DNA of 64,000 nt from an uncultured delta proteobacterium (GTDB lineage Bacteria > Myxococcota_A > Polyangia > Palsa-1104). Position 1 is the first letter of the stretch. Each line of letters starts with the position of its first letter. This document shows, one piece after another, positions 52,407-61,739 of the stretch. The translations under genes and the position numbers were made by a program. The DNA lies in the NCBI GenBank assembly GCA_963785725.1, contig CAWAWS010000026.1, forward strand, positions 32,001-96,000, given 5' to 3'. The notes beneath the pieces were generated by a model that was not told the DNA's origin, searched no databases, and worked only from the letters and a program-made list of their open reading frames with translations.

Positions 52407-53273
52407 TTACTTGGCGGCTTTGAAGTCGAACGGATAATTGAAGCGCGTGAATTTGCCGTTCGTCGACGCCGGATACTTCAGCGTGCGCGCGAAGTCCTCG
52501 ATGCAGGTCTCGACGTCGGGCGCCGTGAAGTTCTTGCCCTTGGCGTCGGCGTCGGCGCGATCGACGTTGCCGTCGGGCGCCAGGTAGAACGACAGCGTCA
52601 CGCTGCCGTCGATGCCCGGGTGGGTGGCGCTCCACTTGTCGAAGCAGGCGCGAAAGCCCGCGCGGTTCTTGCGGATGATGTCGACGACCGGCTTGAGCCG
52701 CTCGCTGCCGCCGGCCGCAGCCACGGCGTCGGCCTGCTTGTCGGCCGGCCGCGCATCGGGCTGGACGTCTTTGGTCGTCGGCTTGGCGACCGCCGGCGGC
52801 GCGTCGGCCGTGCTCGTGGGCGGGTTGCCGTGCTGTCCCTTCGTCGTCTCGAGCGGCGTCGTCTCGTGGGCGGCGGTCGTCGTCGTCGTCGTGTCCGTCT
52901 TGCCGTCGGGCGCGCCGTCTTTGGTGTTCGGCGTCGTCGGCGTGGTCGCCTGCAGCTCGGCGATGCGGGCCACGACCTCGGCTTTGTGCGGCGTCGTCGG
53001 CGCCAAGTGCAAGAACGACTGATAGAGCACCAACGCCTGCGCCCGATCGTTGGCCAAGCGATAGGCCTGCGCCGCGTCGTACAGCAGCACCGGCTGCGGC
53101 GCGACCTTGTAGACCTCGCGGAACTCGGCCGCCGCGTCGGCGAACTCACCCAAGTTGAAGTGCGTCACCGCCTTCTCGTAGTGCTGGCGTGCCATGGCGC
53201 GATCGGCCGGCGAAGGCGCGGCCAAGGCCGGCGCGGCTGCGGTCAAGAAGGCGGCGAGAGCAAGGGCGCGCAT
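52407..53273 (-). CDS. TPR plus AgmX/PglI C-terminal domain exported protein
   Basis: Signal peptide; TPR ARQHYEKAVTHFNLGEFADAAAEF; Thr/Pro linker; FRACF...G.VTLSFYLAPDG.V...VETCI...YPFDF. Confidence 0.75.
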   Translation of the reverse strand: MRALALAAFLTAAAPALAAPSPADRAMARQHYEKAVTHFNLGEFADAAAEFREVYKVAPQPVLLYDAAQAYRLANDRAQALVLYQSFLHLAPTTPHKAEVVARIAELQATTPTTPNTKDGAPDGKTDTTTTTTAAHETTPLETTKGQHGNPPTSTADAPPAVAKPTTKDVQPDARPADKQADAVAAAGGSERLKPVVDIIRKNRAGFRACFDKWSATHPGIDGSVTLSFYLAPDGNVDRADADAKGKNFTAPDVETCIEDFARTLKYPASTNGKFTRFNYPFDFKAAK

Positions 53274-53339
53274 GTCGCCATGTTAACCGGGGCCGCGGCT
53301 GTCGGCGAGGAATCTGCGACGGTGTTAAGCTGCCGCATC

Positions 53340-54215
53340 ATGCTCATTCCCTTCCTGATGCTGGTGGGCCTGTTCGTCTTCGTGTCGATCTTGTCGAGCG
53401 TCAAGGTGCTGCGCGAGTACGAGCGCGCCATCGTCTTTCGCCTCGGTCGCGCCCGCGATCGGCCGCTCGGACCGGGCGTGGTGCTGATGCTGCCGTTCGG
53501 CATCGATCGCTCGCAGGTCGTCGACACGCGCACGAAGGTCATTCAGATCCCGCAGCAGGAGGTCATCACGCGCGACAATATTTCCATCGGCATCGACGCG
53601 GTCGTATACGCCGATGTGTCGTCGCCGGCGGATGCCATCTTGCGCGTCGAGCAGTACATGCCGGCGACGCTGCAGCTGGCGGCGACGACGCTGCGCTCGA
53701 TCGTCGGTCGCATGGAGCTCGACGAAGTGTTGGCCAAGCGGCAAGAGATCAACGACGAAGTGCGCACCATCCTCGATCAGCGCACCGAGCAGTGGGGCGT
53801 CGAGATCACGGCGGTCGAGATCAAGGACATCTCGTTGCCGATGGAGATGAAGCGGGCGATGGCGCGGCAGGCCGAGGCCGAGCGCGAGCGGCGCGCCAAA
53901 GTCATCATGTCCGAGGGCGAATTGCAGGCGGCCGAGAAGCTGGCGCAGGCGGCGCGCCTGATCGCGTCGGAGCCGGCGGCGCTGCAGCTGCGGCTCTATC
54001 AGACGCTGGTGGAAGTGGCGTCGGAGCCGAACATGACGATCGTGATGCCGGTGCCGATCGAGCTCTTGAACGGGCAGAGCGGGCAGGCGGCCACGGTCGT
54101 CGCGCAGGCGGCGGCGGCGCTGGCGGCCGGCAAGAAGCAGAGCGCGCTCGGTCCGGGCGAGCCGCAAGCCGACCTCGAGCAGCTCAAACGCGAGATGGAC
54201 AGCGCCAAGAAGTAA
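53340..54215 (+). CDS. SPFH/stomatin-like (slipin) protein
   Basis: N-terminal TM, EYERAIVFRLGR, QEVITRDN, TTLRSIVG, WGVEITAVEIKD, AMARQAEAERERRAK, ALQLR. Confidence 0.92.
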   Translation: MLIPFLMLVGLFVFVSILSSVKVLREYERAIVFRLGRARDRPLGPGVVLMLPFGIDRSQVVDTRTKVIQIPQQEVITRDNISIGIDAVVYADVSSPADAILRVEQYMPATLQLAATTLRSIVGRMELDEVLAKRQEINDEVRTILDQRTEQWGVEITAVEIKDISLPMEMKRAMARQAEAERERRAKVIMSEGELQAAEKLAQAARLIASEPAALQLRLYQTLVEVASEPNMTIVMPVPIELLNGQSGQAATVVAQAAAALAAGKKQSALGPGEPQADLEQLKREMDSAKK

Positions 54216-54233
54216 ACGTAGACAGTCAGGCGC

Positions 54234-56882
54234 GTGCGTCTTCTTTCGCGGTTCGTTTATCGCGCTCCCTTGTTGGCCATGGGCGAGCCGCTCAAAGGGC
54301 CGATGGCCGAGCTGGCGTTGGCGCTGCATAAGCCGGCGGCGGCAGCCAAAGCCAATTACGCGCGCCGCGCCGCTTTTCGCGCGACGCCGCACGGCTTGTG
54401 GGCCGGCGTCGGCGTGGGCACGCTCGGCGAGCGCACCCAGGCGCGCACCGGGCCGATGCGCGCGGCCATCACCGTCGCCTACGAACGGCTGTGGCAGGCG
54501 GCGCGCGCGCGGCTCGACGATGCCCGGGCGCTGACCGAGACGCGGCTGCGGGCGGCGCCGTCGCTCGTGCGCGACGAGCTCGTGGCGACGTGGCTGACGT
54601 TCGGCGTCGACGCCGAGTCCGAAGCGCGCGCGGCCGAGATCGACGACGTCTTGGCCGTCGTGCTCGACGCGGCCGCCGATTGGATCGACTGGCCGCAGCT
54701 GCGCGACGACGCCGGCGTCGACGATGAGTTCCTGCTGCTGCTCGTCGACGATGGCCTGCTCGTGCACGACGGCGCGCCGCCGCTCGTCGGTCCGGCGCCG
54801 CTGGCGTGGATGGCCGAGCGCCACGACGAGTGGGCCGAGCGCGCCGAGCAGCTGGCCGAGCCCACGCCGGAATCCTTGGCGGCCGTAGCTGTTCCCTTGC
54901 ACGCCGTCCTCGTCCACGAAGGCGAGGTGACGTTGTCGCGCGCGGCCGTCGAGCGCGCCGCCGCGCTGGCGCCGCTCATGTTTCGCCTGCAGCAGGCGCT
55001 GGCGCCGCCGTTCGACGAGCGCAGCTTGCAGTCGCTGCCGGCGCTGGAGTCGGCGGCCGAGCTCTACGGCGCGGGCGCGTTCGGGCTGGCGGCGCTGACG
55101 CTCGGTCACTACGGCACGCCGCTCGACGCCGCTCATGCCGAGGCGCCGCGCGCCGCCGACGCCGCCGTGCAGCGCCTCATCGTCGACGCCATCGTGGGCG
55201 CGATCGTCGCCGGTGCGCCCGTCGTGGCGCTCGATGGCGCGCTATTGGCCGACGTCGCGCCCGCGGTCGCCACGCCGCCGACGTTCGAGCTCATGCTGAC
55301 GCCGGCGCGGCAGAAGCGCGGCGCGGCACCGGGCGACGGCTGGCTCATCGGCCTGCACGCGCCCGCCGGCGCCAGCTGGGGACGCTTTGCCCACGCCGTC
55401 GGCGCGCCGCTCGTCGAAGCCTTGCACGAGCTGGCCGACGCCGATCCGACCGCAGCCGTGGACGTTGCCTATGCGCCGTCGCCGCGGCTCGGGGACCTGT
55501 GCGCGCATCCGCCGCTGCGGCGCGCGGCGTTGGCGCTGTCCGATTGGCCCGACGGCGCCGCGCTGACGCCGGCCGATCTGGCGCTCGACGTCGATCCGGC
55601 GCGCCCGTTGACCCTGCAGCTCGACGGCGCGCCGGTCGCGCCGTCGCCGCTGTGGCGCGTGCGCTCGACGACGGCGCCGCGCGGCCTTCCGCGCCTCTTG
55701 ACCGGCTTTGCGCTGACGCGACAGCACGCGCCGTGGGCGTTGTCGCTGGGCGCGCTCGCCGATCTCGGCTACGTGCCGCGCCTGACGCTCGACGGCTTCG
55801 TGGTCGCGCCGGCGAGCTGGCGGCTGCCCGACGAGCGAACGCGCGCGGCGCTGGCCCGGTGGCGACGCGCGCTGAAGGTGCCGCGCCACGTGCAAGTCGG
55901 TCACGCGGACGAGCTCATGCTCGTCGATCTCGACGCGCGCGACGCCGTGGCCACGCTCGAGCGCGCGGCGGCCGACGGCGCACGCGCCTACGAAGTGTGG
56001 CCGCCGCTCGACGCCGTCGTCGACGCCGGCGGGCGACGCTTGGAGGCGGTCGTCGCCGTCGTCGACGACGCCTATGTCGCGCCCGAGCCGCTGCCGCTCG
56101 TCGCGCCGCCGCACGCCGTCGCGCCGGCCGCCGAGTGGCATACGTTCAAGCTGTTCGGCGCCGCCGACCGCGCCGATCGCGTGCTCGGCGCCGCCATCGC
56201 GCCGCTCATCGCCGAGGCGCGCGCGGCCGGCACCATCGCGCACTGGTTCTTCCTGCGCTACGTCGACGGACCCGGCCGCCGCGACCATGTGCGACTGCGC
56301 GTGCGCGCGGCCGACGTCGCGCCGTTTGCCGCCGCGCTCGCCGCCGCCCTCGCGCCCGCGCGTGGCGCCGGCGACCTCGTGTCCGTCGAGCGCGCCGAAT
56401 ATTTCCCCGAGCGCGCCCGCTACGGCGCCGACGCCATGGCCGCGGTCGAGCGCATCTTCGAAGCCGACAGTGACTTGGCGCTGGCGCTGCTCGACGACGA
56501 CCCCGACGACCGGCTCGTCGCCGCCTATGACGCGCTCGCCGCCGGCGCCGGCCTCGATGCCCCCGCGCGGCTGCAACTCGCCCGCCGGCGCCGCGAAGCC
56601 TACGGCATCGGTCGCGACGAGACGCTCGCCAAGCGCTATCGCGCGCGCCAGGCGTCGCTGCGCGCGCGGCTGGCGTCGCCGTCTCCGCCGTGCCGCGCGC
56701 ACGTCACCCGCGTCGCCGAGGCGCTGGCGGAGCTGCCGCCGGCGCGTCGTCTGCAACTGTTACCCGCGTTGTTGCATTTGTCGGCCGTGCGCCTGGCCGG
56801 CGCCGATGCCGCGCGTGAAGCGGCGGCGTTTTACGCGTGGGAGCGAACGCTCGAGAGCTTAGCGCGTCACGCTGAACGCTGA
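54234..56882 (+). CDS. Lantibiotic dehydratase (LanB-like; glutamylation and elimination domains)
   Basis: YRAPLL, YARRAAFRATPHGLWAG (cf. Y..R...R.TPFG), YVPRL...VVAPASW, WFFLRY.D....HVRLR, YFPERARYG, ERIFEADS, LLHLSAVRL. Confidence 0.82.
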   Translation: MRLLSRFVYRAPLLAMGEPLKGPMAELALALHKPAAAAKANYARRAAFRATPHGLWAGVGVGTLGERTQARTGPMRAAITVAYERLWQAARARLDDARALTETRLRAAPSLVRDELVATWLTFGVDAESEARAAEIDDVLAVVLDAAADWIDWPQLRDDAGVDDEFLLLLVDDGLLVHDGAPPLVGPAPLAWMAERHDEWAERAEQLAEPTPESLAAVAVPLHAVLVHEGEVTLSRAAVERAAALAPLMFRLQQALAPPFDERSLQSLPALESAAELYGAGAFGLAALTLGHYGTPLDAAHAEAPRAADAAVQRLIVDAIVGAIVAGAPVVALDGALLADVAPAVATPPTFELMLTPARQKRGAAPGDGWLIGLHAPAGASWGRFAHAVGAPLVEALHELADADPTAAVDVAYAPSPRLGDLCAHPPLRRAALALSDWPDGAALTPADLALDVDPARPLTLQLDGAPVAPSPLWRVRSTTAPRGLPRLLTGFALTRQHAPWALSLGALADLGYVPRLTLDGFVVAPASWRLPDERTRAALARWRRALKVPRHVQVGHADELMLVDLDARDAVATLERAAADGARAYEVWPPLDAVVDAGGRRLEAVVAVVDDAYVAPEPLPLVAPPHAVAPAAEWHTFKLFGAADRADRVLGAAIAPLIAEARAAGTIAHWFFLRYVDGPGRRDHVRLRVRAADVAPFAAALAAALAPARGAGDLVSVERAEYFPERARYGADAMAAVERIFEADSDLALALLDDDPDDRLVAAYDALAAGAGLDAPARLQLARRRREAYGIGRDETLAKRYRARQASLRARLASPSPPCRAHVTRVAEALAELPPARRLQLLPALLHLSAVRLAGADAAREAAAFYAWERTLESLARHAER

Positions 56883-58916
56883 GTCGAGCGCGCGCTGATC
56901 GGCCGGCGCGCCGCCGAGCCAGCGATGGAACCAGTCGATCATCGTCGCGTACCACAAGCGCGAGTTGGCCGGCTTCAAGACCCAGTGGTTCTCGTCGGGG
57001 AACACGAGCAGCTTCGAGGGCACGCCCATGCGCTGCAGCAGCGTGAACATCAAGTAGCCCTGCTCGACGGGAATGCGATAGTCGCGCTCGCCGTGCACGA
57101 TCAGCTCCGGCGTCTTGAAGTCCTTGGCGAAGTCCATCGGGTTCCACTTGCGGTAGAGCTCGCTCTGCCAGGGCACGCCGCCGAACTCGTGCTCGGGGAA
57201 CCACAGCTCCTCGGTCGCGTATTGGCCGGTCTGGTCGGAGATGCCGGCGTGGCAGAAGAGGGCGGCGAAGCGGCGCGTGTGGCCTTCGAACCAGTTCATC
57301 ATGAAGCCGCCGAAGGACGCGCCGGCGGCGCCGATGTGCGCCTTGTCGATGAACGGCAGCGACGCGAGGTCATCGGCGGCGCGCATGAGATCGTCGTAGA
57401 CGGCGCCGCCCCAGTCGCGCGAGATGCCGTTGACGAACGCCTGCCCATAGCCGGTCGAGCCGCGCGGGTTCGGCATGTAAACGACGTAACCGGCCGACGC
57501 CAGCACCTCGGGGTTCCAGCGCCAGCTCCACTGATCTTCGAAGGCGCCTTGCGGACCGCCGTGCACCCAAAACAGCGCCGGATACTTCTTCTTGGCGTCG
57601 AAGCCGGGCGGCGTGACCATCCAGGCCTGCTCTTTTTTGCCGTCGGCCGTCGTCACCCAGCGCTCGCGCACGTCGCCGAAGCGCAGGCCCGAGTAGTCGT
57701 TCAGGTGGGTCAGCGGCTTGCCGTCGCGGAAGATCTCGGGCGCGCGCGTCAGCGACGACGCGGCGTAGACGAGCGTGCCGTCGGCGAGCGGCGTCGGCGA
57801 GGACGCGCTCGTGCCGTCGCGCAAGGTCGTCATCTTGCCGTCGAGATCGATGGTGTAGATGAGCTTGCGGCCCTGATGCACCGAGGCGAAGACGACGTGC
57901 TTGCCGTCGCTCGTCCACGCCGGCTCCTCGATCCAGTCGTCGAACGTCGAGACCAGGCGCTTCGACGTCTGCGCCGCGCGATCGTAGATGACGAGGTCGA
58001 AGCGGTCAGACTCGAAGCCGGGCTGCGTCTGCGCCGTCCAGGCGAGGCGCTTGCCGTCGGGCGAGTAGCGCGGATCGCCGTCGAACGCCTTGTTGCCGCA
58101 GCTCAAGCAGCGGGCTTTGCCGGGGCCGTCGGCGAACGCGTATTCGAAGATGTCGCCGTTGGTCGACGTGGCCTCGTCCTTGTCGTGGTTGGACGCGTAG
58201 GCGAGCGTCTTGCCGTCGGGCGAGATGTCGTAGCCGCCGCCGCCGCCGAGCGAGAACGGCGGCGAATCGAAGTTGCCCGGCGTCAGGTCGCGCGCCTCGC
58301 CCGAGCGGACGTCGACGCGAAAGAGGTGGCTGCGCTTGCCGTCGCGCCAGCCGTCCCAATGGCGGAACAACAGGCGCTCGACGACGCGCGCCTTGACCTT
58401 GGCCTTCTCCTCGCGCTCGGCCCGCGCTTTGTCGCACGCCAGGTCTTTGCAGTCGGCGAACACTTCGGCGGCGGCGACGAGGAAGGCGCCGTCGGGCGAC
58501 CAGATCGGCCCGTCGACGCCGAGCGGGAACGACGTCAGCTTGCGCGGCTCGCCGCCGCCCAGATCGAGCAGGTAGACTTGCGGCGTGCCGTCGCGATCGG
58601 ACACGAAGGCGACGCGCGTGCCGTCGGGCGATAGCCGCGGATCGCGGTCCTTCTTCGTGCCCGCCGTCAGCTGTCGCGGCGCCGATTTGCCGTCGCCGGC
58701 CAATGACTGCAGCCAGAGCGCGCTCGTGGTCTTGTTCTCGTCGACGTCGGCGGTGGTGACGGCGTAGACGAGCGACTTGCCGTCGCGGGCGACGTCGAAG
58801 CCGCCCAGGCGCTTCAAGCGCGCCATGTCGTCGAAGCCGAAGTTGTGCCCTTGGGGCGTCGTGTGCGCGGCGTGGGCGACGCCGGCGACGAGAAGGACGG
58901 GCAGCCATGCTCTCAT
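56859..58916 (-). CDS. S9 family peptidase (dipeptidyl aminopeptidase/acylaminoacyl peptidase), exported
   Basis: Signal peptide, PD40 repeats (SPDG), VHGGPQ, NPRGSTGYG, GASFGG (Ser), HGERDYRIP (Asp), FPDENHW (His). Confidence 0.92.
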   Translation of the reverse strand: MRAWLPVLLVAGVAHAAHTTPQGHNFGFDDMARLKRLGGFDVARDGKSLVYAVTTADVDENKTTSALWLQSLAGDGKSAPRQLTAGTKKDRDPRLSPDGTRVAFVSDRDGTPQVYLLDLGGGEPRKLTSFPLGVDGPIWSPDGAFLVAAAEVFADCKDLACDKARAEREEKAKVKARVVERLLFRHWDGWRDGKRSHLFRVDVRSGEARDLTPGNFDSPPFSLGGGGGYDISPDGKTLAYASNHDKDEATSTNGDIFEYAFADGPGKARCLSCGNKAFDGDPRYSPDGKRLAWTAQTQPGFESDRFDLVIYDRAAQTSKRLVSTFDDWIEEPAWTSDGKHVVFASVHQGRKLIYTIDLDGKMTTLRDGTSASSPTPLADGTLVYAASSLTRAPEIFRDGKPLTHLNDYSGLRFGDVRERWVTTADGKKEQAWMVTPPGFDAKKKYPALFWVHGGPQGAFEDQWSWRWNPEVLASAGYVVYMPNPRGSTGYGQAFVNGISRDWGGAVYDDLMRAADDLASLPFIDKAHIGAAGASFGGFMMNWFEGHTRRFAALFCHAGISDQTGQYATEELWFPEHEFGGVPWQSELYRKWNPMDFAKDFKTPELIVHGERDYRIPVEQGYLMFTLLQRMGVPSKLLVFPDENHWVLKPANSRLWYATMIDWFHRWLGGAPADQRALDSAFSVTR

Positions 58917-58984
58917 GGCGCGGCATCATACACAGGTGCTGCGCTCGTGTGAGGCAGGCCCTCGACAAATGATAGAGTCGCGGC

Positions 58985-59575
58985 GTGACCAAGAACGGCG
59001 CAGAGACACCTCTACAGACCGCGGTGCAGCGGCTCGACGAGGAGCTGGCCCGCTTCGATCAGCTGGCGCAATCGGCGCGCAAGATTCAGCTGACGTCGGA
59101 GCGCAATCTCGAGAAAGCGGCGCGGGCCATCAACGACGCCGCCGAGAGTCAGCGTCGCGTGACCGAGCACATCGCGCTGCTCATCGAGGCTATCTCCAAC
59201 GCGCGCACGCGGCACGACGCGGTCGCTGCCGAGCTCTTGACGACGCGCGACGACGTGCAGGCGCGCGCCGAGCGCTTCGAAGCGCAGCTCGGACGCTTCG
59301 CGGCGCTCGGTAAAGAAGCGGCCGACATCAGCGCGCAGGTACGCGAATTGGGCGCCATCAAGGACAAGCCGAACGCCGAGATCGTGGCCTTGTTGACGTC
59401 GGTGAAGGAGCGGATGACGGGCGTCGTCGCCGGCGCCGTGGCGCTCGCGGCCGAGGCCGACGCCGAGTCGATGGAAGACCTGGCGCGTCAATGCGACTCG
59501 TTGAAGCAGCAAGTGCAATCGGCGCTGAATAAGGTGAGCCTCCTGCGCGACAAGCTGTCCGCGTCGCTCGCCTAA
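58985..59575 (+). CDS. Hypothetical coiled-coil protein
   Basis: All-helical heptad-rich ORF; TGaTAGAGT six nt before the GTG. Confidence 0.7.
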   Translation: MTKNGAETPLQTAVQRLDEELARFDQLAQSARKIQLTSERNLEKAARAINDAAESQRRVTEHIALLIEAISNARTRHDAVAAELLTTRDDVQARAERFEAQLGRFAALGKEAADISAQVRELGAIKDKPNAEIVALLTSVKERMTGVVAGAVALAAEADAESMEDLARQCDSLKQQVQSALNKVSLLRDKLSASLA

Positions 59576-59590
59576 GTCGCGCCGCTGCCA

Positions 59591-59619
59591 TTGCAAGCCG
59601 TCGTCGAACGGTCTACGAT
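59591..59619 (+). promoter_or_regulatory. Sigma-70-type promoter, leaderless geometry
   Basis: TTGCAA-17 nt-TACGAT-6 nt-ATG(59626); no SD. Confidence 0.6.
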
Positions 59620-59625
59620 GGCGGC

Positions 59626-60426
59626 ATGCGCGCAGGTCTCTTGGCACTGGCCCTGGCCGCATGCGGCTGTAACGATCCGGTCTATCTGCACGAGACGGCA
59701 CCGCTCGAAAATGCGCCGGCCGTGGCCGGCTCGGGCATGACCGGCTACGCTCCGGCGAACGTCTTGTACGTGCTGCCGGTGCGCAAGCCGACGTCGGCCG
59801 AGCAGAAGGCGCTCGTCGCCGATCAAAAGGCGCGCAAGCTGACGATGCCCGAGCCCTGGGCGCAGCTGCGCGACTTCGACATCGAGATCGAATACTCGGT
59901 GCGCAACGCCGACACCATGACGCAGACGGTGATCGTGTCGCTCAACGGTGGCAACGAGTTCGGCGACTACGTGCCCGACAATTACATCAATCCCGACGTC
60001 GACGAAGACGAGCAGACGCAGCCGCCCGACCTCATCGCCAGCTTGCCGCTGACGGTCGCGCCCGGCGGCGTGGCCGAAGGCGTCTTCCGCGAGGACAACC
60101 TGCACGAGACGGCCATCGACCTCGAGGCCATCACGCGCTATCCGGGCATGGACGGCATCATGGCGACGCCGTTCGAGGTCATCGAGCATTTGTCGACGGT
60201 GTCCACGATCGGCCTCGACGGCGTGCCGGCCGACGACGTCACGCCGGCGCACGTTCGCTACGCGCTGACGATGACGGCGCCGGGCCACGCGTTCCTCGAC
60301 TTCACCGTGCGCGTCCGCGATCTGCACGGCAAATTAGGCACGCCCGGCGCCAAGAACCTCTACGTCTCGACGGCAGCCACGCTGACGCCGCCCGCAGCCC
60401 CACCCGCGATCATGACCACGATGTGA
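59626..60426 (+). CDS. Hypothetical lipoprotein
   Basis: MRAGLLALALAACGC lipobox; high-GC3 codon usage. Confidence 0.75.
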   Translation: MRAGLLALALAACGCNDPVYLHETAPLENAPAVAGSGMTGYAPANVLYVLPVRKPTSAEQKALVADQKARKLTMPEPWAQLRDFDIEIEYSVRNADTMTQTVIVSLNGGNEFGDYVPDNYINPDVDEDEQTQPPDLIASLPLTVAPGGVAEGVFREDNLHETAIDLEAITRYPGMDGIMATPFEVIEHLSTVSTIGLDGVPADDVTPAHVRYALTMTAPGHAFLDFTVRVRDLHGKLGTPGAKNLYVSTAATLTPPAAPPAIMTTM

Positions 60427-60427
60427 C

Positions 60428-61039
60428 GTGACGAGAGGGCGACTCGCGCTGCTGTTCGCGCTCGGGATGACGATGCTGGAGGCGGAGCCGCGGGCGCGCG
60501 CGCAGGTGATCGCCGAGACCGCGCCGCCGCCGTGGCCCGACCCCAAGAAGTTCGCCAAAGGTCCATTCGCCTCGGGCGAAATCGGCGCCTTCATGTACCT
60601 CGGCCGCGCCGGCCGCTTCGCCGATCCGGGCGTCGCCTTCGGTGTGCGCCTCGGCTACGACTTGTTCCGCTGGCTCGCCGTGCAAGCCCACGTCGTCGGC
60701 GCCTCCGAAGACGCCTCGCTGCCGCCGCCAACCTTCGGCCAGTCGTTCCAGACCTACGTCTACACCGCCGAGCTGCGCCTCTCGCTGCAGCTGCGCCGCT
60801 TCGCCCTCTTCGCCGAAGGCGGCGCCGGCGCCGCCAACGTCTCGACGAACGTCCTCGACGCCGTCGGCATCACGCACGGCACCCGCGCCACCTTCGCCGC
60901 AGTCGGCGGCGCCGGCATGGACTACCACACCCTCAACCGCCACTTCTCGGTAGGCCTAGGCGGCGACTACGTCTGGCTCCAATCCTTCCACGGTGGCCAC
61001 GCCCTCTCCCTAGACGTCTACCTCCGCTACACCCGCTAA
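60428..61039 (+). CDS. Small outer-membrane beta-barrel, CglE-like (gliding motility)
   Basis: Signal peptide, alternating beta-strands, C-terminal GAGMDYHTLNRHFSVGL...YLRY resembling the CglE G.EYYT..RHFS.G motif (recalled, not searched). Confidence 0.6.
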   Translation: MTRGRLALLFALGMTMLEAEPRARAQVIAETAPPPWPDPKKFAKGPFASGEIGAFMYLGRAGRFADPGVAFGVRLGYDLFRWLAVQAHVVGASEDASLPPPTFGQSFQTYVYTAELRLSLQLRRFALFAEGGAGAANVSTNVLDAVGITHGTRATFAAVGGAGMDYHTLNRHFSVGLGGDYVWLQSFHGGHALSLDVYLRYTR

Positions 61040-61088
61040 CCGACGGACCAGTCGCGCCCAAACGCGTGACCTCCCCACCATCCCCACA

Positions 61089-61245
61089 GACGCCGTCATT
61101 CGGTGCGGGTGACAGCGTTTGTCTTGCGCCGGAGCGCAGTCGTCGCGCGCCCGACCGTGCCGGCTTTGATCGGGGAAGCGCGCACGCGAGCACCGCCGCA
61201 AGACAAATGCTGGCAGGACCCGCCCCCTCGTAACCTCACGGCGTC
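61089..61245. other. Long imperfect intergenic hairpin (ncRNA or REP/MITE-like element)
   Basis: Nested pairings GACGCCGT/ACGGCGTC, GCGGGT/ACCCGC, CAGCGTTTGTCTTGCG/CGCAAGACAAATGCTG and GCGCGC/GCGCGC. Confidence 0.5.
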
Positions 61246-61354
61246 CCCACCGCGCCCCCAGCGCAAAAGCCGCGCAGCGATGATCCCAGCGGAGCCTAGA
61301 AGCCGCGCGCCAGCGCAGCCGTGCGCACAGCACACACCCCAGCGGAGCGGCGCG

Positions 61355-61739
61355 CTATTGGCAGATGCCGTCGTAGCCGTTGCAGCTGCCGCCGAACACC
61401 AGGTCGACGCCGCCGGCGTCGCCGAACCCGCCGCAGCTCGTGCCGCTCGGACAGTTGGGCGACGCGGTCTTGCACGGCAGGACGCAGACGCCGCTCGTGC
61501 CCAACGTCAGACAGGCGACGCACTCGGTGCCGCCGCACGAGACCTGCACGGTGCTGGCGGTGCACATGCCGCCGTTGCCGGTGCCGGCGAAGTCGAGGAT
61601 GAGCGGCACCGACAGAATCCTCCGAGCCGCTGCCGCCGCCGGCGCCGATACCGCCGCAATTGGGCGCGCAGCGACGGTCGTCCGTATTGCCGGCACAGCC
61701 GACAACGAGCAGCAAGAGCGCGAGCACGGTCGTTTTCAA
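61355..61739 (-). CDS. Small Cys-rich lipoprotein (frameshift near 61615)
   Basis: TTG start, KTTVLALLLLVVG-C...RRCAPNC; continues in another frame as CTASTVQVSCGGTECVAC...CVLPC...CP.GTSC...CNGYDGICQ. Confidence 0.6.
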
